Positions 48,255 to 59,000 of a DNA stretch of 64,000 nt are shown piece after piece. The stretch comes from a virus. How positions within the stretch are numbered: position 1 is the first letter of the stretch; every line of letters begins with the position of its first letter. Location: the IMG/VR virus record IMGVR_UViG_3300035158_000293, positions 59,799 through 123,798 of that record, one strand, 5' to 3'. The notes beneath the pieces were generated by a model. That model had not been told where the DNA came from, did no database searches, and saw only the letters and a program-made list of their open reading frames with translations. Position numbers and translations under genes: made by a program.

Positions 48255-49370
48255 CTATTCAGGCCAAACCGCCCCATACCATGCCAACCAAGGGCGAATG
48301 TAGTGGCCCCATTCTGTTTCAGTCAAAAGTTTCAAATCCACATATTGAGGCAAAGCATACTGGTAGAGGGAAGGAGCGAGCGTCGGCAACCAAACCGATA
48401 CACCCCCAGCCTGCGTGACTTCCTCTCCGGCAACTTTAGCCAAAACCACACGGTCCAACGCTGTACACAGGTTGCGCGTGTCCATATCCGCGAAGTCCTG
48501 CAAAGCGCGTGCGTAGTCTTTCAAGTCCACAAACTGATCGTCATCAAAACTCACGGCTTGGTGCCGCGCATACATGTGACGTTCGGGAGCCTCCGCAAAC
48601 GAAGCTGCTCCACGCACAGAGAACTCGCTGACGGCGTTTTTGAGGGCCTCGACGTGGTCGGTGTCGTATGCGACGTGCAAACCCCTTCTTCGCGCCTCTG
48701 GCGACCTGTGGTGCTTGTGCCAATGTTGTGCCTCCACCCGCGCAAATTCTTTCACAGGCACCGCGGGGTTACGCTTCAAATAACGCATCGTTGTGTAGTA
48801 ATCCCAACCACGCCTTACTTCAGACTCAGGACAAGCAAGAATAACCTCACAGAGAGATGCAAACTCGCACAAAACTTCCAAACCACCCATAAAACAAGCG
48901 TCGAAGCCTATGAAAGCAAAAACACCGTCGGGCACAGCCTCTACCAAGCTCGCGAGTGTCTTATCTGTCCCCATCCCAAACCATTGATTGCCATGACCCC
49001 ACAAAACGAGGCCGTAGCGATCTGCGGGAAACGTCTGAACACCCCACGCTATGTACGCGGACAAACTTGACACAACGTCATTCGATGGAACGGGTCTGTC
49101 CGTTATTCTGCCGGTTTCGTATTTCGCGCCCTCCTGCAAACAGTAAAGCATATTGAACCGCGCACTTGAGCCCACGCGCCCCATCTCCCCTAAATCTGCA
49201 TACAACAGGGTTTGTATATCCTCCTCAACCCCAGCGTAGAACATTATGGTCCACGTTTCCTCGCCGGGATACTTCACCGCGTCAGGATCGGGGGTCAAGG
49301 CGTCTCCAACATCTTGAAAGACTGAACAGCCGGTGAGCACTACCAACACCAAGAACAAAACTCGCCGCAT
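48255..49370 (-). CDS. Clostripain-family (C11) cysteine peptidase lipoprotein
   Basis: Signal peptide with lipobox LTGC; WTIMFY; FPADRYGLVLWGHG; IGFDACFMGGLEV; GWDY. Confidence 0.85.
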   Translation of the reverse strand: MRRVLFLVLVVLTGCSVFQDVGDALTPDPDAVKYPGEETWTIMFYAGVEEDIQTLLYADLGEMGRVGSSARFNMLYCLQEGAKYETGRITDRPVPSNDVVSSLSAYIAWGVQTFPADRYGLVLWGHGNQWFGMGTDKTLASLVEAVPDGVFAFIGFDACFMGGLEVLCEFASLCEVILACPESEVRRGWDYYTTMRYLKRNPAVPVKEFARVEAQHWHKHHRSPEARRRGLHVAYDTDHVEALKNAVSEFSVRGAASFAEAPERHMYARHQAVSFDDDQFVDLKDYARALQDFADMDTRNLCTALDRVVLAKVAGEEVTQAGGVSVWLPTLAPSLYQYALPQYVDLKLLTETEWGHYIRPWLAWYGAVWPE

Positions 49371-49373
49371 AGC

Positions 49374-50405
49374 TCACCCCCGCAATTTCTCTGCACGTTT
49401 GAAGGGTTTCAAAAACTTCTCAGGGTCGCCAAGAACGGAATTGAATTTCAAGCGTTTACAAAACCGAAGGAAGCCGTAGAGATCGACTTTCGGTTTGCGC
49501 TTCAGTATTGTGTTTAGGACAGATAAACCGCCGAACGAGTTCTTCAGATCAATACCTCGAATTACGTCGTCCAACCACCGCGCACTCTCCACGATGTTCT
49601 GCTCATATTTGCGGAGCTTACCCTCTTTCGCCTCCAAAAGACGCACCAAGGCCCTCATCTTTTGCCGCGGGGTTGTATAAGTCTCCAACTCCTCGCGGTA
49701 GTCCTCACACAAACTCTTTGCTCTTTTCTGTCCACAACCCGCCGCGCCGGGGATGCCATCAGACGGGTCGCCAATAAGTGCTTTTGCCACCAAATACAAC
49801 GAAAGCGGAAACCCGGTGCGCTCCTCAAAATTATCTGTGTCTATGAATTCTTTCTTCGACAAATTCCAAATGTCCGCACCCATCGCCACACATTGCCACA
49901 AGTCTTTGTCCCCTGTGACTACAATAGGTCTCGGCCCACCCTTCTTTACTACGGCCTGAACACAAGCGGCCACCGCGTCGTCAGCTTCTCTGTCTTGGAA
50001 GCTAGAACACACCACGCCGAGCAACTCCAGCAGATCACGAGCCAAATCCAACTGTCGAAATAACTGTTCTTCTTCTTCCTCTGTAAACCTGTCCTTCCGG
50101 TTCTTTTTTCGTGCTTCCTTGTAGTGCTCAAAAAGCTCTCTCCGAAATTCAGGCACGCCGCAATCAAAAAAAGCCACAATCCGACCTGCGTTGACGCCGG
50201 GTAACGCCAACAATGCCCTCAGAGACGTGAGCGTGCGATAAACACCGCCCGTAACAATTGTTTTTGTGTCTGCAACGCCTTCGGTGCGCACACCCTGCAC
50301 ACGCTCGACCACTTTCAAATCGTCGTGGGCCGTAACCATAATGTTGCGGTAAATAAACGAATTGGCGTCGATTACTACTGTTCGCGGTGGTTTATGCACC
50401 ATCAT
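49374..50405 (-). CDS. 5'-3' exonuclease/flap endonuclease
   Basis: IDANS, FRRELFEHYKEAR, EADD, TGDKDLWQ, LIGDPSDGIPGAAGCGQK. Confidence 0.92.
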   Translation of the reverse strand: MMVHKPPRTVVIDANSFIYRNIMVTAHDDLKVVERVQGVRTEGVADTKTIVTGGVYRTLTSLRALLALPGVNAGRIVAFFDCGVPEFRRELFEHYKEARKKNRKDRFTEEEEEQLFRQLDLARDLLELLGVVCSSFQDREADDAVAACVQAVVKKGGPRPIVVTGDKDLWQCVAMGADIWNLSKKEFIDTDNFEERTGFPLSLYLVAKALIGDPSDGIPGAAGCGQKRAKSLCEDYREELETYTTPRQKMRALVRLLEAKEGKLRKYEQNIVESARWLDDVIRGIDLKNSFGGLSVLNTILKRKPKVDLYGFLRFCKRLKFNSVLGDPEKFLKPFKRAEKLRG

Positions 50406-50709
50406 CGGGCCTCCTAATCTTTTTGCGAACGCACTTGTTAGCCATGAACCTATCCACCGCCGCAGTAATACAGGCTTTCAACTCTGCGTGGTCCTGATTT
50501 GTAAACGTGTCCACCGTATCCGCTACAACAACAACACCATCCGGCAAGTCCTCTGTCGGAACTCCGTGGTACCCTCTATCCCCAAGCATGTGGCGATTGA
50601 CGGCCACATCCACAGAATTTGACCCCTTCAAGCGCTTGGAAATTTTCCGAACAGCACTATCAGGAGACTTCGCCGTAACATCGAAAACCACGGTTATGCG
50701 AAAACGCAT
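50392..50709 (-). CDS. Hypothetical protein
   Basis: AGGGGG RBS; packed ORF. Confidence 0.55.
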   Translation of the reverse strand: MRFRITVVFDVTAKSPDSAVRKISKRLKGSNSVDVAVNRHMLGDRGYHGVPTEDLPDGVVVVADTVDTFTNQDHAELKACITAAVDRFMANKCVRKKIRRPDDGA

Positions 50710-50717
50710 GTTACCCC

Positions 50718-51254
50718 CTATGCACCCTCTGAATCAACGTCATCGGGTGGGCTTTCCCCTTCTTCGCGCAAAAGCTTCGCCAACTCATAACCTTTCCGTG
50801 TACTGCTCCGCACTACGTCGTCCGTAAAATTGTAAACTGTCGCGCCCACAATGTCCGAGATCAACTGCGCGACTTCCAAAGGTAACTCGGAAATTTGAAC
50901 CCCCAACACCTCTGCCACGGCGGTCAAAAGCTCATACCACACCTCGTCGTAGTACTCTTCATCAACGACCTCTCCCTCCATATCGGAAACTTCGTCGAGA
51001 TCGTGCTGGCGATGCCACTCGTCAACCCACTTCATGTACTTCTGATAGTTTGCCAAAACCGTTTTCTCCGGCGTCGTTTCCTTAACCCCTTGCACCTGTA
51101 AGCCGAGGAAAAAGACCCCACGCCACGGGGTCGTGGTGTCTTTAGGTGAGAGCCCGTCGAGATTCGCAAATGAAAACATAGGTGTGTCATAGCCCGCTTG
51201 GTGTGCTAATTGACACATGAGCTTGTACAACGCCAGAAACTCACGCTTCTTCAT
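50718..51254 (-). CDS. Hypothetical protein
   Basis: Start moved to MKKREF; the upstream extension overlaps parB. Confidence 0.55.
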   Translation of the reverse strand: MKKREFLALYKLMCQLAHQAGYDTPMFSFANLDGLSPKDTTTPWRGVFFLGLQVQGVKETTPEKTVLANYQKYMKWVDEWHRQHDLDEVSDMEGEVVDEEYYDEVWYELLTAVAEVLGVQISELPLEVAQLISDIVGATVYNFTDDVVRSSTRKGYELAKLLREEGESPPDDVDSEGA

Positions 51255-51336
51255 GCTACAACCACCCTTAAAACGAACACGAAAAGAGGCAGGTATCGTC
51301 TCAAACGATGCCTGCCTCAAATGGTCGGGACCGGAT

Positions 51337-52659
51337 TCAGTCTTCGTCGATTTCAGCGAGGTCAGCATCGGAAGGCTCGTCGATCTCAACCCCCTCACCT
51401 TCCTCTTCCTCGACCTCTTCTTCGTAGTCTTCCACTTCTTCCGCATTCGGGTCGTACACAACCTCTGCGGCGACTTCGGGTTCCTCTTCGGGTTCCTCTT
51501 CGGGTTCCTCTTCGGGTTCCTCACCGTCGGCCTTCTTCTTGGCCTTCAGTTCTTTTTCCTCGTAGGCTTCCGCAATGGCTTTGATCATCGCATTCACCAC
51601 GGCGAGGTCTTTCTCGGCCTGAATCGGGTCTTCTGCTTCGCCGGGGTCCAGCGGAGGCAATTTGGGGTCGGCCAAATCACCACGCTCCCACAGAATAAGA
51701 CCCACGGCTCCGCGGGTTTCACAGTAGTCTAACGTCCCCACTTCGGACTCGGGGTCGTCGGTGTAAACCAAACCCGCTTCATTCAGATGGTAACAGTAAA
51801 ACGACAGGAGCTTGTTCTTCGCCCGCGCACCCTTCCAAACGTAGAGCGCCCGGTCGCGCTCGACGCCTTTTTTGTGTGTGGCAACCTCGCCGTCCTTCGT
51901 GCTTGTGGACATCTTCTCAGCGGTCTGTTTCGCCAAGGATTTGATCCGGCGAGCAGACGGCCCATTGTCCAACTCGCTCGCAATAGCCTCGCGAGTTTCG
52001 TCCGAGAGCTTGGCCGCTTCAAGAGCCGCCGTAGGTGTGAGCGTCCCGGCCCGAACCCTCTGCTGGATGTCATCGGGGGCTGTTACGAGCTTGATCCCGC
52101 GGCGCACGGTCCTCTCATGCACCCCTGTGCATTCACCGATCTTGACGATGGACCAGCCATGCTTCTTGCGCAATTCGTAGAAGGCACGGCCCATCTCAAT
52201 GTCATTCAGCCGGTGTCGGCTGTCTTGTGAATTCTCAGCCACCGACAAAGCCAACCTGCCCGCGGGGTCTTCTGTAAGGTGTGGGCGAATCATGACCTGA
52301 ATCGTGGCGAAACCCAACTCTGTACAGGCCGCGTGCCTACGGAACCCTGCGATGACTCGGTACTTGCCCTTCGCCTTGGGATCGGGGATGACGCTTATCG
52401 GATGGATTAGACCCTCTTCACCAATGGATGCCTTGAGGTTGGTCAAATCACCGATGTGCTCCCGTGGGTTGTCGTCGGGGTCCGCGATGATCTTGTCCAC
52501 CGGAAGCTCTGCCGACTCTGCCTTTGGCGGGGACAACACGTCCTGCGCTGTTGCTTGTTCTTCAACCTGCTCTTCGACCTGCTCACTACCCTTTTCGAGC
52601 TTCTCGGGAGCGAGTGTTTTTTTCTTGCCCTTCTTGGGCGACTTCTTCTTCTTGGCCAT
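51337..52659 (-). CDS. parB: ParB/Spo0J-like DNA-binding protein with basic N-terminus and acidic tail
   Basis: NPRE..LKASIGEEGLIHPISV..YRVIAGFRRHAA, AEN..R..L, HTH WSIVKIGECTGVHERTVRR. Confidence 0.88.
   Translation of the reverse strand: MAKKKKSPKKGKKKTLAPEKLEKGSEQVEEQVEEQATAQDVLSPPKAESAELPVDKIIADPDDNPREHIGDLTNLKASIGEEGLIHPISVIPDPKAKGKYRVIAGFRRHAACTELGFATIQVMIRPHLTEDPAGRLALSVAENSQDSRHRLNDIEMGRAFYELRKKHGWSIVKIGECTGVHERTVRRGIKLVTAPDDIQQRVRAGTLTPTAALEAAKLSDETREAIASELDNGPSARRIKSLAKQTAEKMSTSTKDGEVATHKKGVERDRALYVWKGARAKNKLLSFYCYHLNEAGLVYTDDPESEVGTLDYCETRGAVGLILWERGDLADPKLPPLDPGEAEDPIQAEKDLAVVNAMIKAIAEAYEEKELKAKKKADGEEPEEEPEEEPEEEPEVAAEVVYDPNAEEVEDYEEEVEEEEGEGVEIDEPSDADLAEIDED
51476..51522. repeat. 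12-bp tandem repeat encoding (EEEP)n in the ParB tail
   Basis: GGTTCCTCTTCG repeated about 4 times. Confidence 0.85.
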
Positions 52660-52707
52660 CTTGCACTCCTGTAAAAAAATGGGGTCAAACGTCTGTCCAC
52701 CACTTGA

Positions 52708-52736
52708 AGCTTACCACACGTTTGACACAATGTCAA
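52708..52736 (-). promoter_or_regulatory. parB promoter whose -35 lies within the palindrome
   Basis: TTGACA-TTGTGTCAAACGTGTGG(17bp)-TAAGCT. Confidence 0.75.
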
Positions 52737-52766
52737 TCTTTTTTTCCAGAATCTTCCGGTGGGGCG

Positions 52767-53969
52767 TCAATCTGCACCATTATCCTCGTCGTCCGCCACC
52801 AAATCGTGGAAAAAAGACGTCTCCGCAATCTGTTGGAGGTACGCTGCTTCCGCCGCTTCCCGAAATTCCACATCTTCCATCCGCTTCAGCCATTGTCCAC
52901 GTCGAAACTGAACCTCCGTCCACGGCGCTTGGTAGTAGCCCCCGCTGGTGGTTTTTATCACCTTTTGCCCTATCAGAAAATGGAACATTGTAAACTCGGG
53001 AGACGGACCATAACGGAAATCCAAAATCCATTTGCAGGACTGGTGTGGGGGGAAAATCTTGTTCTTCTCTATGTCGGCTGTCACCGTGTAGCCGATTTTC
53101 CGCGCAACCTTGTTGACTGTCTTTTTCAAAAAGGCTCGCCACACCTTAACACGAGTTGTAGCCGCGTAATCCACAGCAACCCCGCCAACGGTCGCCTGAT
53201 TTGTTCCAAAGCCGCCACTCCCACCGAACTGTGTACGTAGCTGATTTATAAACATCAAATGCACATCGGACCTAGCCACGCGCCGGTATGCTTTTCGGCA
53301 ACCTTCCGACATGGATTTCGCCAAGCCTGCCGGTCTCTTTTTGTCAGTCGCAGAAGCCGCTTCCCACTCGTCTCTCGGAATAGACGCCGCTATTGAATCC
53401 CACACGATTAAAATAGGGGGTTTCTCTCCCGTCTTCAGCCCGTCAATGGTGTCCAAACAAGCCCATAGAGTATCCCAACACTCCTCCACATCCTTGGGAG
53501 TAGAACGGATAACTCGGCTCTCGTCAATACCCAACTGCACGAGCTTACGCTTCTCCAACGAATTCTCTGTGTCAATGTAGTAACAAAGCCCACCAATATC
53601 CAGACAGGACTTGACGGCTATGTGTGACAAGGCACTTTTACCGCTACCCTCCTTGCCAAATATCTCGCTAATACGACCGACAGGCCACCCACCACCTAAA
53701 ATTTCATCGAGGTTGGCAAAGCCTGTGGGAAGCCATTCTTCCACGTCGGATAAGAGATCGTCTTGCAGAACATTGACATCGTCCTTGTTGGCCACCTTCT
53801 TCTTGATCGCCTGTGCCAACGATCCTGTGAGCGCCTTTACGCTGGCAAGATCAGGTTTTTTAGCTTTCTTTTTTCCGTTTTTTGGCTTTTCGGCGTCTTT
53901 TGCCGTTGCGCCCCGCTTCGAGGCCATCTCTTTCGTCTTCGCGTTTTTCTTCGCTCGTTTTTTCGGCAT
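52767..53969 (-). CDS. recA: RecA/UvsX recombinase
   Basis: LGGGWPVGRISEIFGKEGSGKS, YIDTE, IVWDS, FINQLR, GG..YAATTR, KNK. Confidence 0.93.
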   Translation of the reverse strand: MPKKRAKKNAKTKEMASKRGATAKDAEKPKNGKKKAKKPDLASVKALTGSLAQAIKKKVANKDDVNVLQDDLLSDVEEWLPTGFANLDEILGGGWPVGRISEIFGKEGSGKSALSHIAVKSCLDIGGLCYYIDTENSLEKRKLVQLGIDESRVIRSTPKDVEECWDTLWACLDTIDGLKTGEKPPILIVWDSIAASIPRDEWEAASATDKKRPAGLAKSMSEGCRKAYRRVARSDVHLMFINQLRTQFGGSGGFGTNQATVGGVAVDYAATTRVKVWRAFLKKTVNKVARKIGYTVTADIEKNKIFPPHQSCKWILDFRYGPSPEFTMFHFLIGQKVIKTTSGGYYQAPWTEVQFRRGQWLKRMEDVEFREAAEAAYLQQIAETSFFHDLVADDEDNGAD

Positions 53970-54240
53970 GTAGTTTCTCCTTGTCTCGCGCCAACGCTAT
54001 AAGGGCATCAAGACCACCGGACTCTAACGCCGTGTGGAACTCTTCCCATAGACCCAACTCATTTAGGAGCGCGATACCGTAAGCACGCTCTACGTCCTTC
54101 TCCAATTCAAGCATGTCCGCTTCTGGATCATCCCCCAACTCACGGGTTATCTCTGCATGCGGTTTCAACGTCTCGTACTTGCGAACCCGCAACGCAGGAC
54201 CAAAACCCATAGTCACGATGTCACCTTTCCTGTAAGCCAT
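53860..54240 (-). CDS. Hypothetical protein
   Basis: AGGGGG RBS. Confidence 0.55.
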   Translation of the reverse strand: MAYRKGDIVTMGFGPALRVRKYETLKPHAEITRELGDDPEADMLELEKDVERAYGIALLNELGLWEEFHTALESGGLDALIALARDKEKLHAEKTSEEKREDERDGLEAGRNGKRRRKAKKRKKES

Positions 54241-54266
54241 CTCAGCCCCCTGCTATTACAACGCTG

Positions 54267-54307
54267 AAAAATGTAGGGGGGTACACGGCCAAATGTACCC
54301 CCTCTAC
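54267..54307 (-). terminator. Intrinsic terminator after the SSB gene
   Basis: GTAGAGGGGGTACA..TGTACCCCCCTAC followed by ATTTTT. Confidence 0.75.
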
Positions 54308-54324
54308 CGTGCGTGGTGGGAGAA

Positions 54325-55560
54325 TTACTTCGCCTTCTTCTTGATCTTGGAAGACGCCGGTTTCTTCGGTACAGAACCCTTCTTGCGCTTGGACTTCTTA
54401 CGCTTGGGCTTGACCTCTTTCGGCGGCTCTACAATCTTGAATGAGCCTTCGTAAAGCCCCCAAGTGTCCTCGAAGCCGTCAACTTCGACGTCGTAGAAGA
54501 TGTCACCATCCTCGTCCTCACCTTCACCCACGATACGTCCGCGGTATGTCGGTTCGTCCTCTTCGTCCTCGTCAACAAACTCCACAAGGGTTTCCCCGAT
54601 TACGATTTCACCCGAGGTTCCTTCATCCTCAGCCTCTTCTTCGTAATCCTCGTCGGTTTCGGGCTCTTCTCCCTCGTCGGGAACACGGCCCTTATCGGGG
54701 AAGTCTGTTTCTACCTCTTCCGCACCCTCATCCTCTTCAGGCTCCTCTTCCTCCTGCGCCTTGCGCTTGGTTCTGGCTTTCTGCTTCGCGCTGTTTGACG
54801 CGAGCCCCTTCTTGCGCTTCTTGCTCGCTTTGCCGCTCCGCCGTTCTTCGGGGAGGTAGTCCTCTGGAATGGGTTCGTGTGATAGGAGCGAGTACAAGTC
54901 CTGCAACACGTCCCAATCGGGTTTGCGCAGGTTCCCCTCCAGATCGAAGGCTTCGCACGCCTCAACGATTGCTTGCAGGGCTTCCTCGTCGTCCACAATC
55001 GGAGAGGGGTCTTGGAATTTGACCGAGTATTCGGTGTCCAAACCCGAACCGTATTTGCGCACGATGAAGTTACGCCCGGTGACAGGATCGCTGATGTCGT
55101 CGGGGTCGTCTCCGAGGTCTTCGTCACCAATGATGAATTCACACAAAGCCATGTAGACTGTTTTACGAGCCGGGAAAATTCGGATGTTCGGCTTCGTGGG
55201 ATCGTCCCCAAGGTTGGCCATGTCAAGCACAGCAAGGTAGTACCGCGTGCTCTGCGTGATCAGATTGCGGAGTTCTTCCTTTTCCTCTTTCGAGGCTTCC
55301 CGCCGCATCTCCGTCAGAAGATCAGCCACGGGATCAGGGTCGCCCCACGTCTCAGGACTTACAGTTCCACCACCACGTTCACCAACAGAGGGTGAATAGT
55401 ATTCCACGACCTGCTTGCCCGGCAACTCTCCTGCTTTGATGGGGAGTAGACGGTACAGACCGCGCTTGAAACCCTTCATGCGAATGAAGAGCCCCTGCGA
55501 CATGTCGTTCATTTCGCGCTTCAGCCTCTTGCGAAGCTTGTCCAAGTTGGCTCTAGCCAT
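54325..55560 (-). CDS. gp32-like single-stranded DNA-binding protein
   Basis: YRLLP, DPDPV, RYYLAV, DISDPVTGRNFIVRKYGSGLDTEYSV, acidic tail; lies between pol and recA. Confidence 0.8.
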   Translation of the reverse strand: MARANLDKLRKRLKREMNDMSQGLFIRMKGFKRGLYRLLPIKAGELPGKQVVEYYSPSVGERGGGTVSPETWGDPDPVADLLTEMRREASKEEKEELRNLITQSTRYYLAVLDMANLGDDPTKPNIRIFPARKTVYMALCEFIIGDEDLGDDPDDISDPVTGRNFIVRKYGSGLDTEYSVKFQDPSPIVDDEEALQAIVEACEAFDLEGNLRKPDWDVLQDLYSLLSHEPIPEDYLPEERRSGKASKKRKKGLASNSAKQKARTKRKAQEEEEPEEDEGAEEVETDFPDKGRVPDEGEEPETDEDYEEEAEDEGTSGEIVIGETLVEFVDEDEEDEPTYRGRIVGEGEDEDGDIFYDVEVDGFEDTWGLYEGSFKIVEPPKEVKPKRKKSKRKKGSVPKKPASSKIKKKAK

Positions 55561-56074
55561 CTTCGGTCCTTTCCTTCCTTATGGAAGATTGGTACAGTAA
55601 ACCTTGTAAAATTTTGCACCTGTGCTCGTGTGCGTCCTTAATCGCCCGAAGTAAACCGTAGTGCTCTCGGGTATCTTTCAACGCCCTGCGCAGAGTAACC
55701 ACCGGCTTGTCTCGTTGGACGTAAGATCGTATTTCGCCCTCGCGATATTCACCTGCTTCCTCTGCCCGCCAATTGCGGTGGATTAAATCCGCCTCGGCTA
55801 CCGCCCTATCCAACTCCGCTTCCAATTCTCGCACTTTCGCCAAAACCCGCTCGGCTTGGTACGCCCAAAAAGCAAATCTCGCAGGGGCTTTCTTGGCTTC
55901 ACTTTTGATTTCTCGTGGAGCATCAGGTATCAACAACTCCTCATGAGGATCAAAGTGAACTACTTTGTCACCCTCGAGCTTCACCCTAATCAGAATACCA
56001 TTCAGGTATTCTTCTGCACGCCCCAGTATTCGAGCCGTTTGCTTGTTTCTAGGCCGTCTCGGGCCTTTAGCCAT
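55553..56074 (-). CDS. Possible UvsY-like recombination mediator
   Basis: Helical 173-aa protein between pol and SSB; GAGG RBS. Confidence 0.45.
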   Translation of the reverse strand: MAKGPRRPRNKQTARILGRAEEYLNGILIRVKLEGDKVVHFDPHEELLIPDAPREIKSEAKKAPARFAFWAYQAERVLAKVRELEAELDRAVAEADLIHRNWRAEEAGEYREGEIRSYVQRDKPVVTLRRALKDTREHYGLLRAIKDAHEHRCKILQGLLYQSSIRKERTEDG

Positions 56075-56081
56075 GACTACC

Positions 56082-59000
56082 TCACCACAACACGCTCTTC
56101 TCTGCTTTGGTGGACATAACTTCCCACAACTCGTCCACACTCACAGGATCGCGTATGGTTTTGCCGTCTTCATCATAAAGCGGAGTATTGGCCGTGGTTC
56201 CGATCTTGTACGGGTCGAAATCAACCATTGATCGCCATGTAGGGCCTATCTCACAATCGGAACGTATTGGCACCCGCAACCAATCCCAGTCGAGACCCGG
56301 TAGAGCCTCGTCGGAGTATTTCGGTAAGTTCTCCATCACCTCCTTTACCATGCACGACAATTCCAAAAATTCATCCACATGGCAATCAAATATGATTGAG
56401 TCGTGAACCGTAAGGATCATCTTAGACTGAAAACCGCGTTTTTGCATCCTGCGGTGCAGTAACACGATTGACATTAACGTCATGTCCCCTGCGGCTGACT
56501 GGATAGGGAAATTTGTGGCTTGTCGCAACGCACGCGCAATAATCTTATTATCACCGCTGAATACTTCGGGTAGCCGTCGTTTGCGGCCTGTAAACGTCTC
56601 AATAAAGCCTGTTTTCTGAACATGATCGTGCAATGCTTCAATGCCTGCCGCCAAGCCGGGCCGGACTTCGAAAAACTTATCCATTAGAGCTTGACATTCT
56701 TCTATTGACATGAAAATGCCGTCGCCTTGCAAAGAACCCTGTAATCCGGGAGCCCCTATGCCATAGATTATACCGAAATTGACACGCTTGGCACGGGTAC
56801 GCCAACTCTTCTGATCCTTTTTTGGCAGCGCGTAGTACTCCTCTGGCGACAAATCTGAGATAGCTATACCACTCAACGTATGGAGGTCTTCGTCGTCGAG
56901 GTACGCTTGTATCATGTCAGCATCGTCGAAGTAACAGGCCGCTACACGCAACTCTATCTGTGAAAAGTCTGCCTGCATGAGCAAGCCCGCGTCACCAAAA
57001 CGTGAAATGTATGCCTGTTTGATCTTCGCGTCGCCTTTGTTCGGCACATTCTGCAAATTAGGTGACGATGAACTCAAACGTCCGGTCACAGTCCCATGAA
57101 TTTTGTAGGTTGAATGGACGTAATCATTCGGATCACGTCGTTCGCGTAACGACCGTACAAAAGTATTACGCAATACGGCTACACCACGGTACTCTAAAAC
57201 CTTCTCACACAAGGCATTTCCGCCGCTTTTGTATGCCTGCAACACGTCCTCTTTTGTTGAAAAGTGTTGCCATTCTTTATTCGCAATCGCTTCCTCAACC
57301 ACCTCGTCGAACTCCAACCGGTCGTTTTCTTTTTGCTCCCGCTGGAACCTGTCGTACAAGCGGTCAAAGCCGGTGTTTGTTAATTCGGTCGGGCGTTCTC
57401 CGTAGTAATCAAAAAGGACATACTGCAACTGCACCCACGAACCGGGGTTGAACTCACCACCTTTGACATTGATCCCTCGATTTGGAGCCTCCGCCACGAA
57501 TTGGCACACCGGAGGCAAAAGACTGATTTCCCGCTCAAGCCTCTCCATAATCTCGGAGTACTCTGCCCACAAAAACTCGGCTACATCTGGATCGACTTTC
57601 GCCCCGTTGTACTCCATTTCCGCCAATGCCGCGCTCAACTGCGGAAAGAAAACCTCGGCCAACGTGCGGAGCTTCGGATTGTCCACGTACTCTTCTTCTG
57701 CGCACAAACCGGCGTCTACACGAACCGTAACGTCGGCGTCCATCGCCGCGTATTTGAACAACAACTCGCCGGGGATATTGGCGTAACTACCCTTGTGGGC
57801 AGGATCAGCCGCTTTATTTGCGTCCTTGTACCTTTCCAGTACGAGATCATAACCACCCATACCTGTATACGCGAAAGCCAACTGTTTTAACCCGTGGGTA
57901 CCCTGCTTTTCATTAAGCGTCAAGTGCGTCAACATAGTATCTCGAGCAACCTGCGGCGGGTCTGCACGTAAACCGTGTCGAATATGTTGACGGTCAAACT
58001 TTTCGTTCTGCGCTATGAAAGGGATTCGCTCGTCGGAAAGGAAATCACGAAGTAGTCCGCGCAAAACCTCACGCTCCTCTGAAGTCCAAGGGGCATCCAC
58101 ATGCTCCAAGGGTATTGTATAGCCTACACCCGCTGTATTTGACAAAGACACACACAACAACTGTGGGTATTTGGTGTCGAACGGGCTCAAGGAGCCTGTT
58201 TCTGTATCGTATGCAACCGGTGTGCCTTTGTTGATAGCAGAACTGCGCAACTGTTCCAGCAGGGTTTCGGCTTGTTCGAGGGTATTCACTACATGATATT
58301 CACCCTCACCAGCCAGCATCTCCACATCGTCCTGTAAAAAGCGAAGACTCCGATCTATCGCATCGCAAAAACGGTCAATCTCGTAATCGGCACGGAGGAT
58401 ATACGCGGGGTGTAAACAACCCAGTATCTTCAAGTTAGGGAACTCCGGGCGTGTACAATCGAGGAACTTGCCTGTGAACGTGGTAATACCCTTTTGCTCA
58501 GTTAAAAACTCCAACGGTACGTTGCCCATCGCGACTACCAACTGCGGCTTGCGCTCTGTGATCTCTTGTATAAGCGCAGGGCCACAGGCATGGATAATCG
58601 TTTTTGATGGTGTTCTGTTCAAGGGTGGGCGGCACCTTACCACATTCGTAACCCCATAAGACACGCCGTCATCACCGAAAACGTCCTCAAGGGCCATACG
58701 CAGTATTTTACCCGATTTGCCTACAAAAGCCTCGCCTCGGTCATCCTCAATCTTTCCGGGGGCCTCCCCAACAAACAACACAGAGCAGGGGGTCCATACT
58801 TCACGAATGCACGGGTGTTGGATTGTGTGGACCTCTTTTGTCTGAATCTTCTCTGCATCCCGTTGGTAGTCCTCTGCCAGCAGGTCATCGAAATCCTCAC
58901 GGAACGGAGCCAACGGGCAGTAAACACAGCCCGATTTGGGGTACTCACGTTGGTGTAAAACCTGCCGAACCATTGGGACTTCTTCGGGTTTTAACCTCTG

